Source of the DNA: Amphiscolops sp. MND2022 | Lineage: Eukaryota | Length of the DNA stretch: 64,000 nucleotides | Assembly (NCBI GenBank): GCA_964187785.1 | Contig: OZ076416.1 | Coordinates: 16,554,001-16,618,000, forward strand | Reading direction: 5' to 3' | Shown here: positions 1 to 11,599 of the stretch, piece after piece | Layout: each line of letters starts with the position of its first letter | Numbering within the stretch: position 1 is the stretch's first letter | Made by a program: the position numbers and the translations under genes | Notes under the pieces: model-generated | The model's database searches: none | The model's input: only the letters and a program-made list of their open reading frames with translations | Told to the model about the DNA's origin: nothing

Positions 1-1100
1 CGCTGTCAATGATAAATTTGATTGGTCGGTTATTGACCAGTGCGGTGATTGTGAAGAAGTCCGGTCTGTTGCTGTTTATTGATCGTGTTGATGGATCTTT
101 TGTTTCACTGAATGGATTGTGTTCGGTGTCCAATCGTCTTCATTCGCGCTACTTGTCTCTTCCTCCATTATATGGTTCACTCTTTTATTTGTGCGGCAAC
201 ATTTGGCGAAGTGGCCTATTTTTCCGCATTTTGCACACTTCTTTCCTCGGGCTGGGCATTCGTGTTGTCTTGACCAGTTTGGTGCTCCGCAACGGTTGCA
301 ATCGACTTTTTTGAATTTTGTCGGTTTTTCCGGTTCTTTTGTTGGTTTTATTTTACGTTTATTCAAGTAGCGTATTTTCTTCTCTTCTTCTGTTTCGGGT
401 GAGTCGTTTAATTTGTCGTAAGTGTATTCTAGTATCGCGTCAGTTATTGCTTCTACCGACATGTCGCTCTTTCTGATTTTTTTCTTTAGGTCGTAGTCTC
501 CGGTTGATTTTCCGATGACTGACAAAAATTTTGATGCTAGAAGTTCTGCCGCGGTTATTGTTTCAAATTCGCAGTGTTTTTCAATTTCTAGTATTCGTTT
601 CCACACGTCGCTGCGGATTCACCGTCTTCTCGTTTTAGGTCGAAGAAATCGGCTCTACTATGTTGTACGTTCCTTTCCAGGGTGAAGTGTAGTCGGAAAA
701 GTGTGTAAAGTTTATACAATGGTAGTGAGCTCGGTTCTCTTTCTCTGATTGTTTTTGTCATTTCCGTGATAGCATTTTGTCCAATTGCCCAGATGAAAAT
801 GTCTTTAATTTCCGTTTCGAGTTGGTCACGGTATTGTGTCAGTATCTCTTTGTTGTTTGTCATGGTTGATAGGTCTATTTCTTTCGTCATTTTTATGTAT
901 TGGACGAATTTTCTCCACCACAAGTTTGCACTGGTGTGATCGTATTTCTCCAATGTTGGAATGGTCAATTTCTGAGTGCAGGTCCGGTCAGCCGTCCTGT
1001 TCATTGTATCGTTCGGCAGTGTTTGGTTGTTTTGCCGTGTACCCGATGAAGACAGTGTGTTGTTTCCATCTCTTGGGTTTTCTTCCGTGTTTTCATCCAT
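1..1100 (-). pseudogene. gag-pol: gag-protease polyprotein with two single-base frameshifts (near 600 and near 95)
   Basis: ORF 588-1100 joins ORF 76-606 (CNRCGAPNWSRQHEC and CAKCGKIGHFAKCC knuckles). A third frame reads SINSNRPDFFTITALVNNRPIKFIIDSG, the retroviral-type protease D-S/T-G site. Confidence 0.88.
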
Positions 1101-1150
1101 ATCTTCTTTCTGGATGTTTTGTTTTTGTGTTATTCAGCTTTTTGTTCTAA

Positions 1151-1163
1151 GCTGACTGCGCCA
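1151..1163 (-). promoter_or_regulatory. Primer-binding site, tRNA-Ser type
   Basis: TGGCGCAGTCAGC abuts the LTR end. It is complementary to ...GCUGACUGCG-CCA, the 3' end I recall for invertebrate tRNA-Ser(AGA). Confidence 0.8.
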
Positions 1164-1354
1164 TGTTGTAACTCTCTTCTATAACTATGAGTAGCATGTA
1201 CAATTCAAACTTTATTCTATCTTGTTCTGAGACTTTATGATAGTTCATCATCTGCATACAATAGGCAGGTACTTGATAAAAAGAACAACAGTATATAATC
1301 ATATAAATACAGACTAATTAGCATGTATGTAAAGAGTCTGAGTCTTCTACTACA
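1164..1354 (-). repeat. 5' LTR (about 191 bp) of the gypsy element
   Basis: Termini are TGTAGTA...TACAACA (imperfect inverted repeat). Minus-strand AATAAA at 1211-1216. Directly followed by the PBS. Confidence 0.8.
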
Positions 1355-2063
1355 ATGTTCTTTCCTTATACGTTTCTTCATGCAAAAATTGAAAGGTGAC
1401 AATCCCTGATTACCTTAAAATTCCGACTTTTTTAACTCAAGTTTCTACCGCTGGCAGCTTCGTCAATGAAGTAAAAGCTAAAAGAATCTAAAAGGTGTCT
1501 AAAGCTGTTGGTTGTTTTAGTTTTGGTTGCTTTAAAATTTTAAAATGGTTGTCAAGAAAAAAGACTTACCCGGTATGGTTTTTAAACGTTTTTTTTCTGA
1601 AACTAACTATCGATTCAGACTAATTTTCAATAGCGAAATTTAGTTGTGATATTCGCTTAATTGGAAGAACACTTGCACACTTTTCAAGTATATCCATCAA
1701 GAATATTAAAAACACAGCAAAATTCAATAAATCTTAATTTCAATATCACTTCCATTTTTGCTAAATGGTTTTAGCAAAGTGATGATTGCCTTCCGAACTA
1801 AAAATTCCCTTGGAAAAAACTTTCAAAATTCATTGGATATGAGTCTGTGATTTTACGAAGTGTACCTTGACATCTAGCTCATTATTTTGAAATGTTTTGT
1901 CCGAGGAAGGTTTCAAAAAATAAACAAATATGCAGATCAAAAAATACTGTTCACAAAATTAAAAGGCTAAAATAGCAAATCAGCAGCAAGCTGATTTGCA
2001 GAGAAGAGCAAATCACTATCTGGATTTAAAAGAAAGAACATGAGGCGTAGTGGCACATCGATG

Positions 2064-2847
2064 TTTTTAGTCGGCGCTTATATTAATAAAAGAGCCCGAC
2101 TTTTACAGTCACTCGTTTTTTTTTTTCAAGACAGACTCGAAGCGACGAACGTTAAAATCAACGTTCAACTACTAATTACAGTACTAAACTACTGGACCGG
2201 TAAACGGGGAGTTACCCCCCTTTCAGTTACTCCATTTTTATCGTAAGATACAAAACAGGACGAGGCTATAGGGTCCCCCCTTTGAGTTTTTTTTGGCACT
2301 GTGCGACTTTTTCTGTCTCCAAAGGGCCCCCTTCAAGTTTTTGATATTTTACAGCAAATTTAAGTTTCAAAAAGCCCAAAGGGTCTCCACTTCCAAGTTT
2401 TTCGGCACTATGAGACTGGCTCAAAATTCTTATTTTTCGATTTTTCGTTTTTTTCTCGAATATATATTTTTAATGTCTTGAAAGGGTCCCCCTTCAATTT
2501 TTTAAATGTTTTGTAACATAATAGATATTATGTCTTTGGTGTTTTACTTTTAAAACGTAACCTATTAAACCGGACGATACTAAGGCCCCCCCTTGGATTT
2601 TTTTCGGCACTGTGCGACTTTTTTTTTGAATTTGTTTTGTCTCCAAAGAGTCCCCCCTTTGGTTTTTTTACTTTTTAAACGTAGCCTACAAAACCGGCGG
2701 ATGAGTGTAAAGGGTGCCCCTTTTGTTTTTTTCGGCACTGTGCGACATTTTCTAGAAGTTTTTTGTCTCCAAAGGGTCCCTCCTTCGATTTTGTTGTTAT
2801 ATTTAAGCCTTAGATATAGCGCCGACTTGAGACGTTCCTGTCTTGTT
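2064..2847 (+). mobile_element. HINE/DINE-1-like non-autonomous Helentron-associated element, copy 1
   Basis: T-run, then subterminal IR AGTCGGCGC (2069-2077) with a nearby partial IR CCGACT (about 2096-2101). Internal AAGGGTCCCCCTT and TTTTCGGCACTGTGCGAC repeats. 3' sub-IR GCGCCGACT (2819-2827), then AGACG-TTCC-TGTCT hairpin and TGTT. Confidence 0.78.
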
Positions 2848-3658
2848 CGTACACTGTTACAACGGAAAATTTCCAATAGTGTGGAATCCAAATGTCAAAT
2901 TGACAGACCAGTTATGAAGAGTAGCCGCAGCCGTAGCCAGAGAGTTGATGGTTAACAAACACTAATTAATAGACTATCTATTCATGTTAATTAGAGTGTA
3001 TATTTTTTGTGATATAAACAATAGAATCGAATTGAAGATACTGTTCCATACACCTTGTTTTAACTTAGATTTAGAGGTCGTAACAAATGGATACAATTCA
3101 AGGTAAAGGAACAGAGGATGTATTTTTCCTAACTGAAAAAAATTACAAAAACCAGGTTTTGTGATTTTCCCACAACTCATTTGGTTCGAAAAAAGCCAAA
3201 GTCACTTGTTTCAAAGAGGGATCTTTTGGTTTTTCAACTTCTTTTGAAAGCATAAAATATCAGTTTGATGCGGTGTTATAGCTAAGCTGTGACTTCAGAT
3301 GAAGGATGAAAAACTGATGAGCTGATAACACTGTATTATATCTAGTCCGTAGGGCAAATAGCCATTTGCTCTATTTCCTTTGACACTCTTTCATTTGTAA
3401 ACAACTTTGATGAATGTTAATGAAAGTGTTCAACAACCTGCTTACGATTTTGAGCTGAATTGAATGTTCGAGACTCAACTCTCTCACATGCGGTACTTCC
3501 GTTAACGTCAAACCCACGTGAAAATTCGCGTTAACCAGGTCAGGTAGAAAATGAATTGAAGTTATAGAAGTTATGGCAGAAACTAGTGAAGTAAAAGGGT
3601 TTTAAAAATTCCAGTTGCTAACTTTTGCTATATGTACTATGTTTTTCTTCTCTCCAGC

Positions 3659-4318
3659 TCAATTTGCGAGATCCGGTACTTTTTTGAGACTTCCGGTACT
3701 TTTTCTCTTCTTAACCGCTCCAGTGAACTTACATTTGGACAATAGATAATAAATAGTCAATTTGGGAACTTCTATTAGGTCTATTATTGTGATAATCGGC
3801 TTCCCCCTGTTTTCGTTTATTATAATCGTGTCATCAAAAGTTTCATTTACGACGCCTAAAGGAGTTGTTGTTTGTCTTAATTTGTCCATATCTGAAGATG
3901 GGAAGTGATTATCCTGAATTCTGTTTTTATTGTTTGATGCGTGTTTTTTCTTGAGATGTTTGTTCCCCAAGCTTGAAGAACCAGGATCACAGTTTTCATC
4001 GTCTGTGTCGCAGTTCTTGATTACTCTAATTTCTTTCAATATTTTTTCAAATTTGCTGTTTAATTGTTTCTCGATTTGTGACATTTTTGTGTTGCTCTGT
4101 TCGGCTAGTCTTTGTGAAATAACTTCTATTTCATTGCTGATTTGTGATGGTTCTGTTAACTCGCTACCTAGATTCCTGTCAAAAACATTGTCAATGTTTT
4201 CGGAAACCTTAGTTAAATTCGCATTACCTTGTACAATGCTTGTTTCTGAGAGATTTTCCTCTACATTTGGAGACTGAGACTCGACTCTTCTTAAACGTCT
4301 GTTTCGTTTATTTCCCAT
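3659..4318 (-). CDS. ORF1/gag-like N-terminal coiled-coil ORF (MGNKRNRRLRR...); 177 codons lie inside the solo LTR and the frame runs on into flank
   Basis: Basic N-terminus, S/E/N-rich linker, heptad-like segment KMSQIEKQLNSKFEKILKEIR; open for 220 codons. Confidence 0.55.
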   Translation of the reverse strand: MGNKRNRRLRRVESQSPNVEENLSETSIVQGNANLTKVSENIDNVFDRNLGSELTEPSQISNEIEVISQRLAEQSNTKMSQIEKQLNSKFEKILKEIRVIKNCDTDDENCDPGSSSLGNKHLKKKHASNNKNRIQDNHFPSSDMDKLRQTTTPLGVVNETFDDTIIINENRGKPIITIIDLIEVPKLTIYYLLSKCKFTGAVKKRKSTGSLKKVPDLAN

Positions 4319-4555
4319 AATGAAAAGCAAGTTTGGGTGCGAAAATCTTCGAATTTCATAGAAACTATGAAAATGAAATTGAGGAAGTTATCTTTACAGA
4401 AGGGAAACTGCAAAGTCTGAGATTTGTGGGGTTGCTTGATCAATTAAGTGACTGTACTGCAGAGGTGTATATTTTTTGAATGATTGTGTGGATGTCAGAT
4501 ATAAGGGGTCTCTTCTCAAGTATTCTTATTGGGCGTTATTTTTAGGAACATGACC
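3788..4555 (-). mobile_element. Solo LTR (768 bp) of an LTR-retrotransposon family whose LTR carries an ORF start
   Basis: Plus-strand termini TGTGATA... and ...CATGACC (one mismatch from ...CATGACA). Flanks ATTAT/ATCAT form a 4/5-matching 5-bp TSD. The internal ORF has the same architecture as ORF1 in the 33.6-41.2 kb LTRs. Confidence 0.6.
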
Positions 4556-4710
4556 ATCATTTTTACTTGAATCATCAAAACGTTATATTTTTAGGGTCAA
4601 AAGTTAAAAATAATCCATTACATCATATCCCTAGAAAGTCTAAATATAGATCAATAACAAAGACACTCAGAAATATTATGCAAATTATGCTGATTATCAT
4701 CATAATTCTG

Positions 4711-4910
4711 TATATGCTGTTTCTAAGCCAGAACACCATGTTGTTTTTATGGGGTTTCCGCATATGCTGTTTCTAGGTCAGAACATCATGCTGTTTTTAT
4801 GGAAATCCCGCATATGCTGTTTCTAGGTCAGAAGATTATGCTGTTTCTATGGGATTTCCGCATATGATGTTTCTAGGTCAAAGCATCATGCTGTTTTATT
4901 GGAATTTCCG
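4711..4910. repeat. Minisatellite, 4 x 50 bp
   Basis: CATATGCTGTTTCTAGGTCAGAACATCATGCTGTTTTTATGG...CCG recurs at 4711, 4761, 4811 and 4861. Confidence 0.9.
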
Positions 4911-7900
4911 CATAATATAGTATAAAGCGTGATCATCAGGAAATTTGCACTCATTATGCTGTTTTATCACTAAAACCGCATATGCTGTATTATACAAACC
5001 GCATAATGCAGTATAATTCGCGTTCGTAAGCACGTATTATTGTATTAGGATGTTTTCAATCAGATCATCATACTGTTTTCAAACGATATATGCATAGCTA
5101 TGTTTGAAACATCTTACACATGTGTAGATTCCCAAATGCAAAAATGGTAATAAAACAGGCTTTAGTTCCAAATTGGGTAACTGAGGCGTTACTCTTTTTT
5201 GGTTTTTTATTTGATCAACGCACCTTTTAGTTGAAATAAACTTCAACAACAATTACCATCATTTAGATGGAAACAAATTAGGTCAACAAAACTTTATCAA
5301 CAAACGGAATGATAAAACTGTTTTAAGTCAAACAAAGTTTCATGTGTATATTATCGCTTGCTCCATGCTTGGCTTACGGGTATCGTCGGTGAGGGGTGAC
5401 GCTGTCTGCTTCAGCGGTGTTGCACTCCGGACATCTCGCACGGGTAGGCCTGCGACAATTATATCAGAAACAAACCATTTTTCTGTGGATACTTGTGTAA
5501 TTCTGATTTTACATCTTAAATGCTTGATATCCTCAGTCGAGGCATTTTTGAAAAAAAAAATAATATAAGAAATTAGTAAATTAAATTGTTTCCAATCAGT
5601 CTGAGTTTTGTTTGTTTGCCTATTTTTTAATCGGCCCTCATCTAGGCATTTATTTGGAAAGTGTCACAATCGATTTCTACAATTAGGGGTCCAATATATA
5701 TTTTACAGTTTGGTAAGTATGTCATGAACAACAGCCAAAGTAATGTTGACCTTATTGACAGCAGCGAGCAGCAACACCAGATATTTGAAAACGTGCGTAC
5801 AAATCGAATTAGCGGTTGATACATTTCACGAAAAGGATTTAGACCCCTGGCTGTTTTTCGCGGCCCCGATAATGGGACACTGAAATAAAAAAAACATATA
5901 GAACAGAGACGGTTTTCCCAAGCAAAACTGAGATTCTAAAATTTTCAAAAAGTTCTTAAATATAAGATTGATAAGTAAGATTCTTGAGTTATTAAACTTT
6001 GTCGTTGGAATTTTTAAATCGAGTTTGTCATAAGTCAGTTAGAAAGTCTCCATTATTTGTGAAACTCGTTACTCAGGATAAACTCAATTCGCATGAACGT
6101 GGAGAAACTGTATAGCGGCACACTCGTTAACTTGTCGAAACTTTGATTACAAATTTTCCCCTTTTTTGGGTCAATTGCTAAAAAAATAGAATCAACAGAG
6201 CATGAAAAACAATTGCGAAAATTTTTCTGTGTTTTGATTGCTTTTTCGAGGTCAGACGGTCGCTGTAAATTATTTAAAGCGCTTATTAATTGTCTGAAAC
6301 AGGAAATTTTGCAATAATGAGCAATTGAATCACTAACCTCTACTTTTTTCTCAATCAATGGCTTTCAGATTGCACACTTGTTGAAAAGAGCGCAATTATT
6401 GCGAAATATGTCTGTCTGTCTCCAATGCGTAAATGGAACTAACTCCCAATTGAGAATTGCTTGTTGCCAATTGCGACTGGATCTACGATTCCAGAAGGAA
6501 TTGTTAGTTCTGGGAGGTTGTGAAATTAGCCCAATCTGGTTGTACCTAGTGAGGTAATTAAAGAAGCAGCTACGGACAGGTACTAAGTTGTTCTTGCTTG
6601 TCACGTAAGAATGAGAGAGAACGGGGGAGATACAATACTGAATGGGGGTGAATTTTACTCTCAAAATTTGATTAGCTCGCGATTCTTCTCTCGACTCAAT
6701 AAAGGCAGTAGGAATTGAATTAAAGACAGAGAATACACAAATCAATGTTCAAAGACTCAAATTGGATCGAAGTGTCCTTACTTACTTACAGGTACCATTG
6801 ATCGCTCAGGGGAAATTAACCTCTCTTGTACCCTGTGAACAGGATCATGCCTTCTGATGAATCGAATTTGGGCAATCGGTAATTAAAGCGTGAAAGCGGT
6901 AGTTACGTAAACTAGCGAAATACCTGTGAAAAGGTCCCTTCTACAGCGCTCCTGTTTTTGAGCTAGGTTGATAAGTTTTTCCGGGAAAATTGATTAATCT
7001 CGACTACCTTACTAATGAAAACGAGAACTTTCAGGAAGGATGACGTAAACGTAAAGTGTGAAAAGCAAGGAACGCCCTCTGTTTAGTCTCGTGAAATTGA
7101 GATCTTTTTGGCTGCTCTGTAATTGGTTCTAGATAGCTCGGGAAACGAAAACAGTGTGTTCGAAGCGCGTCGATTTCCAATCATTTGTTGTATTTACTTA
7201 TCAGGTTCTTAACGACAACTTATACCTTGAATATTGTTCAGTAAAAATTGAAGTTATGAAAAGAGAAACATAGAGAAACATAAAGTTTTAGAGAAACATA
7301 CCAGCTATCTCAAGAACATATGTACCATAAAACTTTCTAAAATTGTTTAGAATGTTTTTCTGGAGAAACGTTTGAACCGAATGAAAATCTACATTTTTGA
7401 CTTGCTTGCAAAATGAACAATGAACCCTGGAATTTTGAAGGTCAAATTGTCTTAGCAATTATCGAACACGGCTGTTCATTTTGCCTAGCAAGGTATACCT
7501 GTCATCTTGAACATTTTATAAGCCGAATAATTTGACCGGATTTGTTAAAATAATTTTGTAACAAAATTGGATATTTTGTTAGGTTCAAAAAAGCAGTGGT
7601 CACCTTTTTACATGTTCGCCAATCACTAGCCTTCAATTTTTGCCTGCACATTGGAGTTTTAGTTGTTCAAAACTGCTGCGTGAATCCAAATTAAATTGCA
7701 CAAGATGAAGAAGTTCAGTCTTCTGAAACAAGTCCTAAAAATTTTTTTCTAAATTTTTTAAACTAAAATCTTCAGACATTTTAGAGACGATAAATACAAA
7801 TGAAATTGGTCTGCAATCGTTAGCTTGAATCAACTTTTCAAACAAGAGTTAGCTTGCTTGTTCTGTGTTTTCAAAAAATTCTTCCTTGAGACAAATTTTG

Positions 7901-8439
7901 ATGAGCAAACAGAGCGTTTTTGCAATGATATTCATGGGATCTCTCATCGTCTACGGTGGGGTATTGAGGGATCTACTAGGTAAGTGGTATCCGATATCAG
8001 AGTCTGACGATTTTTCTATGTTGTGAGGAAAATTTTGGATCGGAAAATGATAAATGTGTAGGATAGATTTCCGGCTCAAAGGAAGTAGTCAATGATTCCA
8101 CTGAAATCAGGGAAACTCTGCAGTTCAGAAAAATATCGATATTTGAACGTATTGTTCCAAAATAACGGGAGCTAGATCTCAACTTCTTCTAGTCGTATTC
8201 GTTTTGGTTGAATTTTTCACTTCCATGATACAACTAATTTTGAACTGTCTTGAGTTGACTTTGAACGTTAACATTTCTGATGAGCATTCAATCATTTGAC
8301 GCAACACTCTTCTTGTATGTATGTCGCCATGTGTTTCTCGCAGAGGACCCACTTCTGATAAACAGTTTCAATCTTGAACGTTGAATTCTAAAAGGTCTTG
8401 TTTTTTTCTTCGTTTTTTTGAGGACGAAGAATAACGTTA

Positions 8440-9780
8440 CTTTTTTCAAGAAATTTTTTATAGTAGAAACCACCAAATGGAACCACCAGCCAATGGGTAA
8501 TATCAAAAAAGCGTTGAGGAAAAGGGAACATATACAAAAAATTTGGTCCGAAACTCCCAGTCCTGAAAACCATTTTAAATTTAAGGTGTTCCAAAATAAA
8601 GTTACTTGAACGATTAGAGATGCAAAAAAGACAACTATGATGCGTGGCTAGCAAACACTTCGGCAAAGGCAGTTTACAAAACTCCTAATGCAAGAAAAAT
8701 CAACAACAAGGTTACTGTTCCTTACGGATTTGCAGACTGTTAATAAGTTTTTTTTGTTAAAGTCGGACTATTCTATTCACTAAGTTTTCGGATGTTATGC
8801 AAACAGTCAAATAACCAAGCATGCCGAAAAGAATAGCTATTGATCCAACTGGTTCAAAGGAAATCACGAAAACCATAGACAAGATGAAAAACAAAAAAAA
8901 GAGCTGGTAAAGACATTTTATTGTTTTTCTATTTTTAAATTTTTTTATTTAAATACTTTTCTCCAATTATTGGTCGGTTCGTTGCAATGGCATTTAAAAA
9001 ATCGAAAGTGGGAAAAAATTTACCCAAAGTGCCTCAAAACTGTGAAAATAAATCTTGTTGTTCAAAAAAGGTCATAGATCAAAACCTGAGAATTCAAGAC
9101 CAATTAGTCTGCTGAGTTCATCGAGTAAAGTTTTAGAGAATTTGGTACAAAAACGTATGATCAAGTTTTGCGAGAATTACAATATCTTGGCGTCTACTGC
9201 ATTCAGATTTAAATCAAAAAGGTCATCTATAGATGAGACCAATGCAGTAACAGAGTACATACGAAGTGAAACAAAAGCAAAACGTATTGGTCAAGCATGT
9301 TTCATAGATCTCCAAAAAGCGTTCGATACTTTTGATCATGATATCTTTACAGCGAAGTTAGACAAATATGTGTTCGACAAGTTAGACAAGTATGACAGAT
9401 TGGTTTCACTGTATCGAGCTTATGGTAAACGTGGAAAAGTTTGAGGCTATTTCCTTTCGAGCATGTAACCAGGCCAATTTTCAATTTTGATAAACCGTTT
9501 CCGTCAAAACAATTTCGCAATTACTTGGGAAAACACTTGGATAACTATTTGAGATTTAGAGCACTTATTGTTTACGCTGGCGGTAACTTAGTAGACTTAG
9601 ACTTTTATACCGAGTGCGTCAATTGTATCATAGGAAATGTCGTTTTATTTTCTACGATTCCCTTGCTAAGTCGGGTATTTGCTATGGACTACTTGCTTGT
9701 GGGGCAGCTGCTATAACTACTTTTATTTTCTAAAAAAAAGTTGAAAACACACAAAGGAGATTTTCAAGATCAGTTTTTTT
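8440..9780 (+). mobile_element. Decayed CR1/L2-type non-LTR retrotransposon (ORF2 reverse transcriptase fragment)
   Basis: LFKKGHRSKPENSRPISLLSSSSKVLE...FIDLQKAFDTFDH matches CR1/L2 RT domains 1-3. Upstream IKKALRKRE linker; many stops and frameshifts. Confidence 0.88.
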
Positions 9781-9828
9781 TCAAACGAAACATGATTCAT
9801 TGAATGTCATGCTAGTGCAAAATGAAGC

Positions 9829-10112
9829 TTTTAGTCGGCGCCTTCATTCAATAAAAGAGTCAGACTAATACAGTCACTAGTTTTTTTTTTAGGATAGTCT
9901 CTAATGCGACGAACTTTTTGTTCAATGTTTTCAACTAAACAATTACCTGGGAACAGCATCTAGGTTATGCCAAAGAGTTCCCCTTCCGTTTATACTTTTT
10001 AAAGGCAAAATACATAACCGGACGAGACTAAAGCGCACCCTTACAGTTTTTTGCGGAACTGTGCGACTTAATTTTCCAATTTTTTGTCTCCAAAGGGCCC
10101 CCTTCGATTTTA
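9829..10112 (+). mobile_element. HINE-like element, copy 2 (3'-truncated)
   Basis: TTTTAGTCGGCGC start with partial IR and one internal AAGGGCCCCCTT unit; no 3' sub-IR or hairpin. Confidence 0.72.
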
Positions 10113-10759
10113 TTGAAGTCTCCCCTCGTAATAACCAAAGCCTTCTGTTTTGACGTTATATTCGATCTATTTTGCGTTTAATTCAGGATGCGGAGAAGGA
10201 AAACAGGAGTAGGGACTTCAAATAGCCTTTTTTGCCGCTACTTTAACAATTAAACACGAAATGAGTTTGTCTGAACAAAAATGATTTCAACAAAAAGTGA
10301 CGAATAAACGACGCAACTAAGAATTTCGATACCTGAATTTTATACGCCGGACTGAAATAATATGATTAAACTGTGTTTTTATACGAACAAATCCAATTTT
10401 TTTGATACATAGGAATTCTTATGTGACGAACAAATGATGCTAAGAAAGTATAAATATTTTGGTTTTGTAAATTATATCAGTTAGTTATTAGTGATCTTTA
10501 TTACACTGCTTGTTACGTTGCTAAAACGATTTTTCTTAAAAAATTCAATTCTCTGTGAAACATTTTTTTTCTTATCGAAAATGACAACTCGAAGTTAGAA
10601 AAGCCTGTAAATACATTCATTGCACCTACATCAACTTACATAAAAACCAAAACGACTACTCAAAATAAGACTCCGTTAGATCGTCGTTACAAATATTTTG
10701 TAATTTCATCTGTGTATGAGTTAATTGACTACATTATCCTAAATTTCTTTTATCGCTCC

Positions 10760-11000
10760 AGGCTGACCATACTTTAGGTTTATGGTTCCAGACTGATGAT
10801 AGACTGAACCATATATGGAACAAAACATGGTCAGGCTGGAACCATAAACTTTGCTTTTTTATGGAAAATGGCATATCATAGACTGGACCAAATATGTCCA
10901 GAGTGTGGTAATCCTGGAACCATAAACCTTTATGGACCAGAGTATGATCACCTTGGAATCATACTGTGAGTATGATGGCAGAGTATGATTGACCTGTTTT
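10760..11000. repeat. Degenerate low-complexity repeat rich in GGAACCATA / TATGG dyads
   Basis: Recurrent ACCATA, TATGG and AGTATGAT words at irregular spacing. Confidence 0.5.
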
Positions 11001-11387
11001 TGTATCGGAAGGAAACCCGGGACGGACAACTCCCTAGTTGAGTAATTGAGGCTAGGAATGTCATCACAAGACAGTTATCGTCAACAATTCTTTTCGCCCC
11101 ATACACCGAACGTATCGGTTATACGGAAATGATGGCCTAACAGAATATGTTTTCCAGGGAGTCAAAGCACATGATCAATGTGAAGGTCAGAAGATGCAAG
11201 ACATGCTACGTGGAAGGTAACAATCTTCAAGCGCAAACCCCTTTCTCAGAAAAAATGGTAAACTTGAATCCGTATCAGCACCGAACAGAGAAGTAAAATA
11301 AGATTTAACATGAATTTCACTAAGCTCTCTATAATATATGTATACAATGCCACAGGGATAGTAGATTGCACAGTACGAATAATTTCT

Positions 11388-11530
11388 ATAATAAAAGTTG
11401 CTGGCTACTTTGAAGAACGTGAAGAACATGTAAAACGTTCAAGCAGGTTCCAGAAGAGATTCGTAACGATTCCTTCTTGACTATGCTTGATAGTTTTTCA
11501 TGTTCTTCAAAGTTGCCGGCAACATTTATA
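11388..11530. repeat. Small foldback/MITE-like element with about 35-bp inverted arms
   Basis: ATAAAAGTTGCTGGCTACTTTGAAGAACGTGAA versus the reverse complement of TTCATGTTCTTCAAAGTTGCCGGCAACATTTAT (about 4 mismatches). Confidence 0.7.
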
Positions 11531-11599
11531 AAAAAATATTCTAAAATTCTTACGGAAACTTCAATGCGTTAATATTTCCCTGTTGTCATCAACTTTTAT

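Larger units (their letters stand above)
1..1354 (-). mobile_element. Ty3/gypsy LTR retrotransposon, 5' part (LTR-PBS-gag-protease start); continues beyond the left window edge
   Basis: Minus-strand order is LTR (TG...CA), PBS, gag with two CCHC-type knuckles, then FIIDSG aspartic protease motif at the window edge. Confidence 0.92.

Noticed and set aside
2040-2955. ORFs overlapping HINE copies (also at 19.2, 33.2, 48.4, 57.5 and 59.7 kb) such as QRVPP / KGGTLW
   Set aside because: Translations of the internal AAGGGTCCCCCTT repeats; frames are not conserved between copies.
6053-6745. Minus-strand ORFs and exon-like segments as a host gene
   Set aside because: No recognisable motif and no consistent splice path could be built by eye.
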